The notes beneath the pieces are model-generated. The model was not told the DNA's origin. It saw only the letters and a list, made by a program, of their open reading frames with translations, and did not search any database. A stretch of 64,000 nucleotides of DNA from Eledone cirrhosa (lineage: Eukaryota): the NCBI GenBank assembly GCA_964016885.1, contig OZ024743.1:40114001-40178000 (forward strand). The letters are read 5' to 3'. Position numbers and translations under genes: made by a program. The stretch's first letter is position 1. Every line of letters starts with the position of its first letter. Positions 25,720 to 42,329 of the stretch are shown piece after piece.

Positions 25720-27335
25720 GTTCAACACACTAGCCAGGAATAAAATAAAACTCACATTAAAAACATAATTCAAGCATATCATGAATAAGGGGCACACCAT
25801 TATGTAGGTAAAACGAAGGATGGGACTATTAAAACTGACTCCATCTCTGTAAAAAGAGGTATATTTCAAGTGGATTCCCTATTTCTGCTGGCGTTGACAC
25901 CATTAGACGAGGCACTAAACAGAACTAGGATGGGGGTTATAAATCCTACAACAGGAAATCTACCCATCTCATGTGTATGTGTATTATTTAAACCTGTTTG
26001 ATGCAAATGAGAGACAACTTGAAACGCTCATAAATACATTATATTATTACACAAAAGAACAAACGTTAATTCGGAAAATAAATTTCGCTAAGGCATCTTT
26101 GAAAAGAGGAAAACTAATGAAAAACGTTTATATCATGTCAGATAAAGGAACTCACATAAGATAATTGGATCAAACACAGACATAATAGTACTTAGGAATA
26201 ATAATTAAAAAAACCGAGGTTCAACACACACAGATGAAAGAAAAGATTATAACTAAATAATTGTTACTACTATTGGCACAAGGCCAGCAAATATCCAGTA
26301 CATTACTGTTACTTTATTTTATCGCCCCCGTAAGGATGAAAGGCAAAGTTAACTTCGGCGGGATTTGAAGGGCCGTAACTCTATGCGTCAAATCATGGTG
26401 TCCGACCCTTTACCGATACTGCCAAACTAAATAATATAGGCGGATTAGATAACTACTTCAAACACGACTATGTACTAAAAATAAGGTAATTGGCATCAAT
26501 ACTCTAGCGATCCCTTTAATGAGCTGCAACTTTAATATCCTGAATTAAACAATAAAATAACTAGCAGGAATGGAGAGAGAAACAAGATAGTAATGACTAC
26601 ATCTAGAATACACTATTCTGCATTAGATATAGTAATTCTACTGTCGTTATTTTATAATAGTTTTCTATTGAATAAATCTCTATTTTCTTTGTATTTGTGG
26701 TAGGTAATATCTTTCTACATATGATTTTGAATGTATGTTAAGGAAAATATCGATGAAACATGAACAAATCAAAACCAAACATAGTGTTCTGTATTCAAGG
26801 ACACCAACAAATTAAAAACAGAAGATGGATTGACAGATAATTGCGACGAAAACAAAGAAGAAACATCAAGAGGAATTGTGAATAACATAAACATCTAAAA
26901 TAAAAGAGACCTCCAAAATGGCATGCTAAACCATTATTATTATCATCACCATCATTATTATTTTGAGTTTTATAATTACATTACCGAGCGTAGCTCTGTG
27001 CGGCTGGTATATGTGCACTGTTGGTTTTGGTGATGTTGTTTCTATTGTATTGATAATAATATGTGATATAACTGTGAAGGACCACAAACAAGAAACATGT
27101 TTCTTAACATCTCCTCAGAAGTGTTGGGAAACCTCATTAAGTATAAAGATCTATAAATTGAAATTGAGAAAATGTAGCATCATAAGGCCTGTACAATACC
27201 AATTATAGTCGGCGCAGTTAGAATGATAGAAATGGGTACAGAAAAATATTTGGACCGGATACCTGAAAGCGATCATTGCAAGAAATGCAGAAAATAGTGC
27301 TGACAGGTACAACCCATGTAATAAGAAGTGCATTA
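25720..27335 (+). mobile_element. Highly degenerate R4/Dong-type (RLE) non-LTR retrotransposon relic
   Basis: IKTDSISVKRGIFQVDSL (GIFQGDSL motif), MYVYYLNLF (YMDDLKLF-like), NKVIGINTLAIP, CDITVKDHKQETCFL (PD..D nuclease region), IEIEKM*HHKACTIPIIVGA. Confidence 0.7.
26258..26424 (-). mobile_element. tRNA-derived SINE
   Basis: GGCACAAGGCCAGCAA...TTTATTTTATCGCCCCCGTAAGGATGAAAGGCAAAGTTAACTTCGGCGGGATTTGAA; reverse complement of the 18196 family. Confidence 0.8.
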
Positions 27336-27882
27336 TCAATTTAAAAACTTTGCAAAGGCATTTACTGTTGTTTGTGCCCCTATGGCATCATTTGTGTGAC
27401 AATCGTTTGTAAAATGTGTGTATTATATAATTCTTCCTGCTTCAGGTGCTAGGTTGACACTCGGCATGATTTGGAAAGAAACAGAACTAAAAGGAAGTTT
27501 CAAATCATAATAATAATAATGTCGATGGTGAAAAAATTAACTGATAATAATAATGAAACTATCCAAATATAAATATGTAAAGATAGAAATAACACGAATC
27601 TGGATGAGGAATACAGAAACAATACCTATAATAATAGGTGTTCTGGAAATGATGACAAAAAAAAAACACAGATACATCACCAAAGTTATGGAAATACAAA
27701 TATATACAACATGCAAACAGTAGTATTACCAGACACTTCACGCATTTTACGAAGTATACGCTCAAGACAAAAGCAACGACAAAATCAAAAACCACACTGC
27801 ATTCGATCCGGTGATGCGCATACCCAAGGCACACAAAGCTGTGTTCCATAATGCAGCGACGACGCGCAACAATAGCAGATTA

Positions 27883-28200
27883 TTAATAATTGTTTCTACG
27901 TTTGGCACAAGGCCAGCAATTACCCAGTACTTACTGGTTCGTTATTTTACCGAATCCGTAAGGATGAAAGGTAAAGTTAACCACGGTGGAATTTGAACTC
28001 AGACCGTAAATGGCCGTAATTCTATGCTGCAAAGCATGGCGTCCAACTCTCTACCAATTCTGCCTGATCCACCGCCCTGATAGTATTAATAAGTATAATT
28101 GTTTCTCATTCAGTAACACGGCGAACAATTTTCTGGAGTGAATTAGATCGATCCCAGTACGTTACTGGAACTTTATTTTATCGACCCTGTAAGGATGAAA
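27883..28200 (-). mobile_element. tRNA-derived SINE (27883-28078) plus adjacent partial copy
   Basis: GGCACAAGGCCAGCAATT...GGATGAAAGGTAAAGTTAACCACGGTGGAATTTGAACTCAGA...CCACCGCC; a second core TTTATTTTATCGACCCTGTAAGGATGAAA near 28170-28200. Confidence 0.82.
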
Positions 28201-28828
28201 TGCATATAGTAGAATTTTAACAATAACGATTCATTAGACAATAATTGCGTATATGCACACATGTATATTTATGTATATTTATGTATATTTATGTATAAGG
28301 TTATCACGCAGTGAGGGCATATTGATATTTCGTACAAAATAATAGCCATAAATATTGGACTATGAAAAAGTGTTTTGCGTTGGATACACAAAGTATATCT
28401 AGCTTTGAAACTTATACAACAGGCAAAAATATTTCCATTCTCTTCGCATAAATGGGTTGCAACGTTCCTCTATAATTTTATATGTTATAGCAGGTCCATA
28501 AATCTAATCGAGTATTGCTGTGATGGCCTTCTGCTGTATAAATATCAACAACAAACGTGAACAAATGTTAAAGAAAATAAACAACAGGACTGTCAATTCA
28601 ACAAAATTATCTCCCTTTCTCTCTCATACACACTCCAACACATTTTCTCCTTCACTTTCTCTCACCTCTTTCTCATCTTCTTCCCCTCCCCTCTTTCTGC
28701 CAATCTCTATTTATCAATTGCTACAGCCACCTCTCTCCCTCTCTTGGTATATGTATGTATAGTATATACACACCCACCCACATACACACACAGACACTCA
28801 CACACAGACACACACACATACACACAGT

Positions 28829-28863
<35 letters not shown>

Positions 28864-29782
28864 CACCTTCCTAGTCTATAACTCATTTTCTTTCCCGCGC
28901 TTTCTCCCCCTGTCTCCCTCTCCCATTCTCAGTATCTATTCTACGTTAGTCGGAAATGAATCACTGACCTCTCGTACAGAGAAGAAATTACGAAAATAAA
29001 AATGTCAGCATTTATCTCGTTTTAACTTGCTATTAACATAGCGATTGGTTATTAATGGCAATAATAAATTGCCCTTCCTCCACCCGAACTTGCATAAACA
29101 CTACAAAAGTACAGTGCAGAAAACAAAAAAAAAATGTTAGTTCGTCCCTTTCTATTTGTTTATACAATGGAATGATATTTGGAAGCACGGGGTTATAAAT
29201 ATCTAAAAAGATATCCCAGTTCGGGAGTTTTTATTAATATTTCCTACAATTTCACAGCTTGTGTACTATAGAAAATGTCATCACTTTAGCTCCATATTTA
29301 ATGCTATAATAGTCTCTTCGTTGTGGAACGAATGATATTAGCCTATATTCTTCATTATACGTTCCATTTAGGACAATATTTTCTTCCTGTCACAAATCAT
29401 TAAAGCCATTAAATAGTGAAGCAATATATACTTTTGTTGTTATGTTTCATGTATTCCTACTAGTAAGTTAAAGTAAAATGTTCACGTTACATATCAATAG
29501 TTGCGGGTAATCTCTCTATTGTTTATATCCAGTTATTGCTTCTACTATAAAGAAAAGACTCCTCAATACATTGATATCACTAGGACCAACCTTTTACACA
29601 TTAACATTTATATTGTCTAAGATACATATGTGCGCATCGAGAAGATATGACATTTCATGTCTACAAAAACACACAGACGGCTGTGTATGCAAGTATATAT
29701 ATAATAGTGTGTATGTGTATGTGTGTATGTGTGTATGTGTGTATGCGTGTGTGTGCGTGTGTCTGTGTGTATATGTGGTTTC

Positions 29783-29857
<75 letters not shown>

Positions 29858-30002
29858 CACACACTATAATAGCGATATAAAATAGTGGATGTTATACAGG
29901 TTTCAAATATCTGATTGCAACTTCTATACGAAGAAATGCTTTCAGCCAATAGATTAAGCTTATATTGCATCTGAATGTCAACTAACAATATTGCAAGCAA
30001 CA

Positions 30003-30055
<53 letters not shown>

Positions 30056-30199
30056 ATGTGTGTGTGTCTATGTATATATATGTATATACGTATATATATA
30101 TATATATATATATAGATACACACACACATATGCGCATATATATATATATGTTGGGTGCGGATGCATTCATGTATATATGTGTGTGTGCCCGCATGTATC

Positions 30200-30645
30200 T
30201 GTGTGTTTCTAATTATATTGTTAATAACTCCTTCTGGTCGAGCAATCTTTGAGGTGTGGGGACAGCTGGAAGGCTTCCATTACTCATACTTCTCGCCTTC
30301 TTCACCACCTCTTCTACGGCCTCGATATAAATACCCCCTCCGCCTCCGTGGTATTTTCTTCGGGGTTATAAGAGGCTTAGCTCTGTTTCTCGACCGTTAT
30401 ATCGCGTGCCTATCTCCCCCTCCGCCTTTTGGGATTCTTTCTCACGTCGTGTAGACGCGTTCTTGAGACTAGTAAAATGAGGTATCCTCTTGATAAGTCG
30501 GCAGACCTCGCAAGGACTCTATATCTTCATGATATATTGTTTTTGTTTATGCCACGAAACTACGTAGTCGATGAATTTAGGAGCAGTTTAGGTATAATAC
30601 ATTTTATTACTAATTATATCTAAATGTTTCTTCTCTCTTCATAAT
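30200..30645 (+). mobile_element. Orphan PLE pseudo-LTR-like segment with degenerate hammerhead motif
   Basis: TTGATAAG (30490) GGCA...TGCC-AC-GAAAC TACGTA GTC (30556-30569); ends against (TA)n. Confidence 0.5.
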
Positions 30646-31399
30646 GTATATATATATATATATATATATATTCAGTCAATGTTCTATTTTGCTGAACACC
30701 ATACTATAAACGTAGGTTATAGATAAATATGTATATATATTTGTGCATATATATATTTGTGTGTGAGTATGTGCGTGCACGTGTGTCAGAGTACATGGGT
30801 GTATATATGCGTGAAAGTACATGTGTATGCGTATGTGTATATGTGTGTGAAAGCACATGTGTATGCGTATACGTGTGTGTACTGGAGCGCTTGAGATGTT
30901 GTGCATAACGTAAAATGTAAGTTATATATATATTTTTCCAAATATATTTACAATATTTTAGTAGGGAAGCATAAAATTCCTTTTATCTATCTTAATTTGC
31001 AGAAACTTCCAGTAAAATATATAAAGTTACTTTTGTGTTCCTGTGTGTGAGAGGGAGAAAATGAGAGTGAGTAATATAAAGGTTTTTATATGTAATATCG
31101 ATGTCAACACCAACAATTCCATTCCGCTGTTTTGTTTCGGTATGTTCTTATCATTGAAAACCTAACTCAAACAGAACACCTGAATATAAAAGTTACAAAA
31201 TTGACACGTTTTACAACATTTTAACATTAAAGAATATCTATAACCAAAAAAGTCGTTCTTTCTTAATATATACATATCGTGAATCCATCGACAAGATCTC
31301 AGACTTCATTCGCTTACTTAATGGGTAGAGCTCATTAAATCGGGCTGAGGAACCAACGTTTCCATTGGTCTTTCCAATTGATAATACTATCTGTCGGTC

Positions 31400-31535
31400 G
31401 CAAATCCAGACAGAAAGTGCAACGTGAAATAAAGTATCTTGCTCAAGGACATAACGCATCACTCGGTCCGTGAATCGAAATCACAACCTCACGATTAAGA
31501 ATCCAATTCTCAACCACTCAGTCACACGTCTTCAC
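31400..31535 (-). mobile_element. tRNA-derived SINE, second family (5' part)
   Basis: AAGTATCTTGCTCAAGGACATAAC...GAATCGAAATCACAACCTCACGATT...CTCAACCACTCAGTCACACGTCTTCAC; reverse-strand tRNA head with a B-box-like GATTTCGATTC. Confidence 0.7.
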
Positions 31536-33344
31536 ATAGGTGGTACTCTTAAAATATAGGCCCCATCCATCCGGCTGATTTCCCTTTACCTAATTTCAAT
31601 ATTTTACTAAATAAAATATGTTACTAAACACTGTTATCAATATCATAATTTAATTTACATATGTTTCATCCTGTTGGGAATGTTCGGAATTAAACAATAT
31701 ATTAATACCTCAAAAAGTTCATCTTTTTCCAAACACACAATAATCCGTAGAACGTTTTGTTTACATTAAAAATAAAAAAAGCACAGTCATTATATGAGAT
31801 AGTCCTTACCACTTGTAGTATGACAGTTAATTCACACTGGCACTCAAGCGAAATTTTGTACATTAAGATTGTAATCATTGACAATGTTGCTTTTTCTACA
31901 TGATAAATTCTGTAAAAATGCCAAAATGTACGCATGCAATCATCCACGCACGCACAACTACATAATTGCGCACGCTTCCATGCTAACACACACGCACATT
32001 GGTAGATTCACTAACCATTTAATTTGTCATGTTTGATAATTTATACACATATTCATGCATACATACATATACTGATTGATATGTGCGTATTTTTATTTCT
32101 TCGGCGTCTCGACAACTTCCTCTTTATCAAATTGTATTAAAATTAATGCTGACTTAAGTTACTGTTTGTAACTATGGGAAAACATACAAAGGCTTATTTT
32201 ATGATTGTGTTGTGTAGCTAATATCCCGAATATCTGATAGAAGAAGAATTGTGAATCTCTTAGGTTTCTAACATCAATGGTGCCTATCACCAAAATACGT
32301 GAATAGTTTAGAGGTCCACCGCCTAAGCCTGAGGAACTGGGTTCCATATCACGTTATATCATCTTGTTCTTTATTTGTTCGTTTCTATTTACACCAAGTG
32401 TTGGAAATAAAATTAGGTAAAGGGAGATCATCCGGATGGAGGGTGCCTATATTTGTAACTATGCCTTGTTGCATGTTGTGTCACGCTGATTCGACTTGGA
32501 ATCTCCATCAATGGTACATAAATGTGTAGAACACGGGTTAATTTACGAGTTGGGGGATAATTTCATCGAACAATAGACTATTTCTCAACGGGAACCGACG
32601 TATGATTTACCATCACAACCTTTTATACAGTTACACTATATGCAAGAGTTATTAGTCAAAATCTTCTTTAAAATTACGTTTGAAGGTATTTGGAAAGCAG
32701 CATATATTCCCTATTATAGAGAACGTGGGGATACTAATGTTAGCAATGGTTTTGATCAAATGTTCACTAGTTCAAGGATATTGATCAGGAGATCAAATGT
32801 TACTTCACAATTAATTCGATAACTATGCTATACTTTAAATGTATCGATGCTTTCTAAATTCAAATCCCGCCAACGGCAACTTCATCAGAGTTGTATCTGT
32901 TACTTCCTACATTTCATACTTGTTGTTCGGTTGCCAAATATTACGGTGTTGGCGATTTTACAAAAACAACAGAGAATTTAAATCTAAGAAGAATTCAATA
33001 TATTGTTACACATGGTTACTATACATTTCATGTGAATCTATATTATTTTTATATGAGTAATAGATTGTTGTTTATTTACACTAATGTACATTAAATTCAT
33101 AATAATTCCTATCTTTACCTCCCGGTAGATACAAGGCCAGCATATTTGACAGGGTTGTTGATTAAATTTATACTCGCAATTTATTTTGTCGATGCTCAGA
33201 TGGAGGAAAAGCAATGTTGAACTGAGTGCTAATCGAACGCAGAATGGTTCATAACAACATACTATATTTTGTGTTGGCCTGCGCTCCCCCAACTCCGACA
33301 ATCTAATAAAAAATAATAGTTTCTGATTTAGATACAAGACCAAT

Positions 33345-33520
33345 AATTTTGGGGGTGGGTAAATTCTATCAAATTGACCATATTTCGTTGCTGGTACATT
33401 ATGTTCTAGAGCCTTTAAGAATCAAACGCAAAGCTAACCTCGACAGGATTTGAACTGAGACAGAAAGGCCGTAACTATATGTCACAAAACATGTTGGCCT
33501 ACGCTTTAGCGATACTGCCA
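33345..33520 (-). mobile_element. Degenerate tRNA-derived SINE
   Basis: CAAAGCTAACCTCGACAGGATTTGAACTGAGA...GGCCGTAACTATATG...CGATACTGCCA. Confidence 0.65.
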
Positions 33521-34466
33521 TCCGTCGACATCAATTCAATAATAATAATGACATAATCTCAGGAAATTTTCAACATTAGGAGACGCGAAAACTGCACACA
33601 TGTTGCCTTCCAAAAGTAATTTCGGACTAGGATTTCGTAGTTGATAGTTAGATGTGGTTGGACCTCTTTACTTTACCACAGCGTGTGTTCTTGGCGAATT
33701 TATAGAAAGAACAACTTGCGCAAGAGATTAAAGTGCAAGTGGTTGAGTATTCCCCAGACAAGTGTAACTTTAACGTAGATGTCGGTGAGATTTGACGTGA
33801 CACAGTGTGACACTAGGTCTCGCCATCTGAATTAAATGTACACACAGCTTACTTATTCCTGGTGAACAACATGAGGTAAAAGTCTCAACTCTGGAACATA
33901 AGGCACTACCAGGAATCGCACGCACGACTTTACAATAGTAAGCCCCGCACACTCACATAAGTATATAGTTATATAAGCTACATTTCTATACATATATCTG
34001 ACTCAATAATATTTCGTTATTAATATTGAAACAGACAGGAGCAGTAAAAATGTCTACTGCACTTAGCAACTTATTAGAGACACAAGGATAATCTCATTTA
34101 GATCAGTGATTTTTTTCATTGTATTTTACTCTTGTCTATGACATTATATCTAAATGTTTATCATCTGATTAATAATGATCAATATACACATAAAAACACA
34201 CACACACACACATACATATATATACATATATATGCATGCATATATGTAAATATAAACATATATATATATATATATATATGTTTATATTTACATATATATT
34301 TTTGATATATATATATATATATATATTTATATGTATATATAGATAGTTACATAGATAAATAGATATACAGAAGATAGCAACGGCAACAACAACACAAAAG
34401 AGTGCTATAGACATGAAAAGTAATGTTATATATATATACATTTACATATATATATATATATATATA

Positions 34467-34517
<51 letters not shown>

Positions 34518-34598
34518 ATATATATATATATATATTATATAGGTTTACACACACACATAACCACACACGCACACCACCCACACATGTATATATCTATA

Positions 34599-34649
<51 letters not shown>

Positions 34650-34958
34650 CAACTAGAGACATAATTCTGCTTATAAAAATGTTTACGATATATAAATTGG
34701 TAGTGATTAGAAAGATGGCGGATGAGGTGTATATTGCCAATATTAATAAATGATATGTTTAACAGAATTGGTTTTCATCATGTATTAATAGAAACATTGA
34801 GTATTGCTGATATACATTTTTTTCTTGGTATAGTATCTGTTGTTTATTTCTGCTATATTTTGTGTGCATTTCGTTATGTATATTAATTTGTATAAAAAAG
34901 TTCTACTTCATCATCCCTGGGAGTAGGGAGGGTATATTGCGGCATGTGATTCTCGCGG

Positions 34959-35007
<49 letters not shown>

Positions 35008-35095
35008 CTGCTTTACGTTGAGTACTCTCCATATTATTACATCAGGATTGACCATACGGAATGACCAACGCTCTCCAGGGGTGAACCTTCAAACC

Positions 35096-35167
<72 letters not shown>

Positions 35168-35270
35168 TGTATATATATATATGTATATATAATTAGCCGT
35201 CGAAACGGCTTGGGCTCAGCCGTCGGGGTCTTACTTGTTCCTATATATACATATATAGATATAGATATAC

Positions 35271-38280
<3,010 letters not shown>

Positions 38281-38642
38281 TATATATATATTTATATGAT
38301 AATAATAGGCTGCGCGTTGCAAATGGTGGGGGCATATGAAAAAGTAAGTCCTTCATCAGTGACCCTCCAACCGTCCCAGGCATTTCATCGCTTTAAGGGC
38401 CATATGCCTCAGGTTGGTGCGAACAACGGCTAAAAAAAGTCGTTGGGACACGTAAACAAAGGGGACGCCAGGGTAACAAACAAAAAGGTTTAAGCAACGG
38501 AAAGTGAGAGGAAATAGACAAGTCCCAGATCTCTATGAATATAAACTCGGTGAAATCGTGAACAAGAGACAAAAGACCATCAAACCTGGTTGAAATGTGA
38601 GCAAGGAAAGAATTTCGCACAAGCCTGACGGGGGGGGGGGGG

Positions 38643-38860
<218 letters not shown>

Positions 38861-38941
38861 ATATATTAATATTTCGTTTCTGGAGTTGTTTAGCAAAATA
38901 TTTTATGTGAAAACGTGTGTTGAAACCGATATTGTTATGGC

Positions 38942-39074
38942 TTGGGAGTGTCATGTTGCCAATAAGAGACATACGCACCAATGCTTTCACTCCAACTTAT
39001 AAATTTAATTTATAATAAATTGGAGTGAAGGCACGTAGTGCGTGTGTTTCTCATTGGCAACATAACCCTCCCAA
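38942..39074. repeat. MITE-like hairpin / short inverted repeat
   Basis: TTGGGAGTGTCATGTTGCCAATAAGAGACATACGCACC..TTCACTCCAA / TTGGAGTGAAGGCAC..GTGCGTGTGTTTCTCATTGGCAACATAACCCTCCCAA; arm fragments recur at ~15793-15822 and ~42195-42240. Confidence 0.75.
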
Positions 39075-39097
39075 ATATATATTAATATATATATATA

Positions 39098-39179
<82 letters not shown>

Positions 39180-39502
39180 CTAATATAAATAATCAGTTCC
39201 TGATTATTACTAGAATTCTATAAGAATCAAACATTCATGATTTTCAGCAAACAGGCGGAGTACTTAGATTTGATAAGCACCAAACAGTGCGTAACAGAGC
39301 CCTGTCAGCTTTATTTACCCCCTTTGCTGAAAATTAAAGTAAGTGAGACTGTCACTATCCTAAAACAATAGCGTAAGATCTTCGAAATGCTTTTAATTAA
39401 GCATACAGTGTATTTCAAAATACACTATATATACATTCATATATATATCGCTATTTCAGAGCAGCATTTCTAATGTTAATATATATATATATACGCGGAT
39501 GC

Positions 39503-40400
39503 GCAGAAACCGTCACTTCACACAGGCAATACTAAAAAGCGTGCGAGAGGTGTAAGGGAGATAACTGCGAAAGTCGGAAAAGTTTCTAGTTGATAAGAAA
39601 ATTAGGATGTTGTTGTGATGCAATCCACGAAGTAAAACTAGGATACTCCTGCGGTAAGAAACTGAAGGACCACATCACCTACAGCCCTAAGAGCAACACC
39701 CTCCAGGGTGCTTTTGCCGTAAGCCCAAAGCTTATCCCATTCAACAGGAATGCAACACACCCGCTGTGAATCATGAAGCCGTGGTCACTTCCAACCGACC
39801 AAATCAACCACAGGAAGTCAAATCCTATCTGGTTTTAGCGGAGGGCCGATTTAAAGAACGCTTCCTGAACCACCAATCGACCTTTAGGTACCCAGGCAGA
39901 CGTTCGTCCACGAAACTCGCGAGTCAGGTATGGTACCTCAAGGACTCAAGTATAGACTACTCCATTCAATGGAAAGCCATCACTCAGTCCAAGCCATATG
40001 CAACTGGAAATCCGTCGTGTGGACTATGTATTGATGAACGAATACATATTCTAAAGTGATTATGAAATAGTGATTGCCTAAACACGAGCAGTGAATTCTT
40101 CACACGTGGTCCACGCGTCTCGAAACACTTCTTACATAACTACAAAGCTCCGGATTGAATCACAACAACATCCTAATGTTCTCATCAACTAGAAACATTT
40201 CGGACTTTCGCAGTTATCTCCCTTACACCTCTCGCACGCTTTTTAGTATTGCCTGTGTGAAGTGACGGTTTCTGCCAATGCGCATTTGTACGGTTGTCCT
40301 TCCTGTTGCGTATAGCCATGTCCATTAAGAGCTGAGGATCCGCTAAGGTGAAACAATTTTTCACGGTATGGTGAACTAATTGTTGTGTAACCACTTCTAC
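39503..40400 (+). mobile_element. Truncated PLE (Hydra-like GIY-YIG fragment) with inverted 5' copy of its pLTR
   Basis: ORF 39766-40059 SYLVLAEGRFKERFLNHQSTF...STKLASQVWYLKD...CGLCIDERIHIL; 124-bp inverted repeats at 39503-39626 and 40152-40275. Confidence 0.85.
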
Positions 40401-40611
40401 CTAACTCGTCCCATGGACTGAGTGCTCTAGCACTACGGATATTACCTTCCAGTGGCGGGAGATAGCACTTGCGGACTCATTTACCCTATACCCAACCCTA
40501 CATAGAGCCCTTTGCCGGCCCATACTGCAGTTGCTTGCACGCACGGATTTGGTGATTCTGATTCTCAACTGGACAGCGGTACACAAGGAGTTCGACATGA
40601 TCTGATTGCTT

Positions 40612-41089
40612 GCTCTTCACATGGATGAGTATATACCCGGACATCGCCCTCCCCTATTTTGGACGATTCGGATGTGTGTATACCTTTTACCATAACACAC
40701 ACCTGAAGATATGGATGTTACAATTGGATTTATACACGTATAGCAGAACATTGAACCGAACCGACTTGCGCGCACGCACGTGTGTGTATGTGTGTGTGTA
40801 GCGTTGGTTAACCCAATATTTCCAATCTACATCGTCAAATTAAGCTCTTCACATAGATGTGTATATACCCAGGCTTCCCCTCCTCCTCCCCATTTTTTTT
40901 GGCTGAGTCGGATGTGTATATACCATTTACCATAACACGCACTTGGAGATATTGATGTTACGATTGGATTTGTACACGTACAACTGAACACTGACCTGAA
41001 CTTACTTGCTCGCACGCGCTTGTGTCTGTGTGTATGTGTGTGTAGCGTTGATTAACCTAATAATATTTCCGATTTACATCGTCAAATTG
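40612..41089. repeat. Diverged tandem duplication, two ~235-bp units
   Basis: GCTCTTCACAT.GATG.GTATATACCC...TTACCATAACAC...TACATCGTCAAATT at 40612 and 40843. Confidence 0.85.
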
Positions 41090-41349
41090 AGATTTGACCG
41101 ACGTAATTTCTGTTGCTTTGCGAACTAACTTTTCGGTGGTTGCTGTGTTAGTACTTTCTACGGTTTTATTCGATATCCAGCGTCTTTTTTGCAGCGATAG
41201 AAGTCTGATAACTTTTATGACGTCAATTTAAGCCAATAGCAGTCGCCTTATCTCTGACTGACTGGTGTGTCTCCATATGAGGGAATGAATTGTGTGGGGA
41301 AACATCGTTTTTTTCTCCCTCATATCAAGAATTTTGAAGACAATTTCAT

Positions 41350-41426
41350 TTTCAACTGATGAGATCAGTGATAATCGATCGTGACTTCACAATCGATCTA
41401 TCTCTTATTGAAACATGTGTCGTGAT
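41350..41426 (+). ncRNA. Type I hammerhead ribozyme motif with extended stem II
   Basis: CTGATGA (41356-41362), GAT...ATC-closed long stem II, GAAAC ATGT GTC (41410-41421) with palindromic ACATGT and a GUC cleavage triplet; stem I weak. Confidence 0.62.
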
Positions 41427-41627
41427 TAAATGATTGGAATATCTGAGTCAACCCTCGCTGGTTTTTCCACCCTATTGAGGAACTCTGCTATTTGTATTGT
41501 TCTTGTTTATTGTTCTAGTTTTTATATTTTTAATCGATCGGTTTGTAAACTTCCACTATTCCATTCTGTTTTCTTTTTCTATTTTGTCCTATATGTTATA
41601 GATTATTATCAGTATTGCTACTGGTGT

Positions 41628-41647
41628 AAGTAGTAGTAGTAGTAAGG

Positions 41648-41720
<73 letters not shown>
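41628..41720. repeat. (TAG)n microsatellite
   Basis: Direct reading. Confidence 0.97.
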
Positions 41721-42329
41721 GATGAAGAGGAGGGGAGCAGCCGTATTAATAGTACAGTAGCAGTCGTACGAAGTAGTAATCAAACGTAGTACCAGTGGCA
41801 GTATGAGTAATATTTTTAAAAAAGAAGACATTATATTAATATCGTAATAAAAACAATATAGAATTTAATTTTTCATTTAATATATTTTTCATCGCTGCGC
41901 TGTATATTTCTTTAATTTCACCGGGACTAAAGATGGAATATAAGGTTGTGTTGTTGTTTTTCAGTTCCTATGACATTAATAAAATATGACATTCTAAGTC
42001 ATCCGACTCTAACTAGTGCAGTCAGTCAATACTGTATGGGTAATAAAGAGATTCCATCATGAAATTCACGAAGGAAAACAATAAACAAATATCTATATCT
42101 ATCTATATTATATATAGAGATAGATAGATAGCTATATATATAAATATACATATATATATATATATATAGTTTTGCGAGGTTTTTTATATGAAATCGTGTG
42201 TCGAAACAGATATGGTTATACTTGGGAGGGTCATATTTGCGTAATATTGCCAGAATTAATAACAGAACACACTCACTGTTTGGTTGGTTTTCGCTTCTCG
42301 CTGTCTTTTATATCTGCGATCTAACTTAC

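Noticed and set aside
38305-38370. Minus-strand CTGATGAAG as another hammerhead
   Set aside because: No intact GAAA or convincing stems downstream (only TGCAACGCGCA); too degenerate to call.
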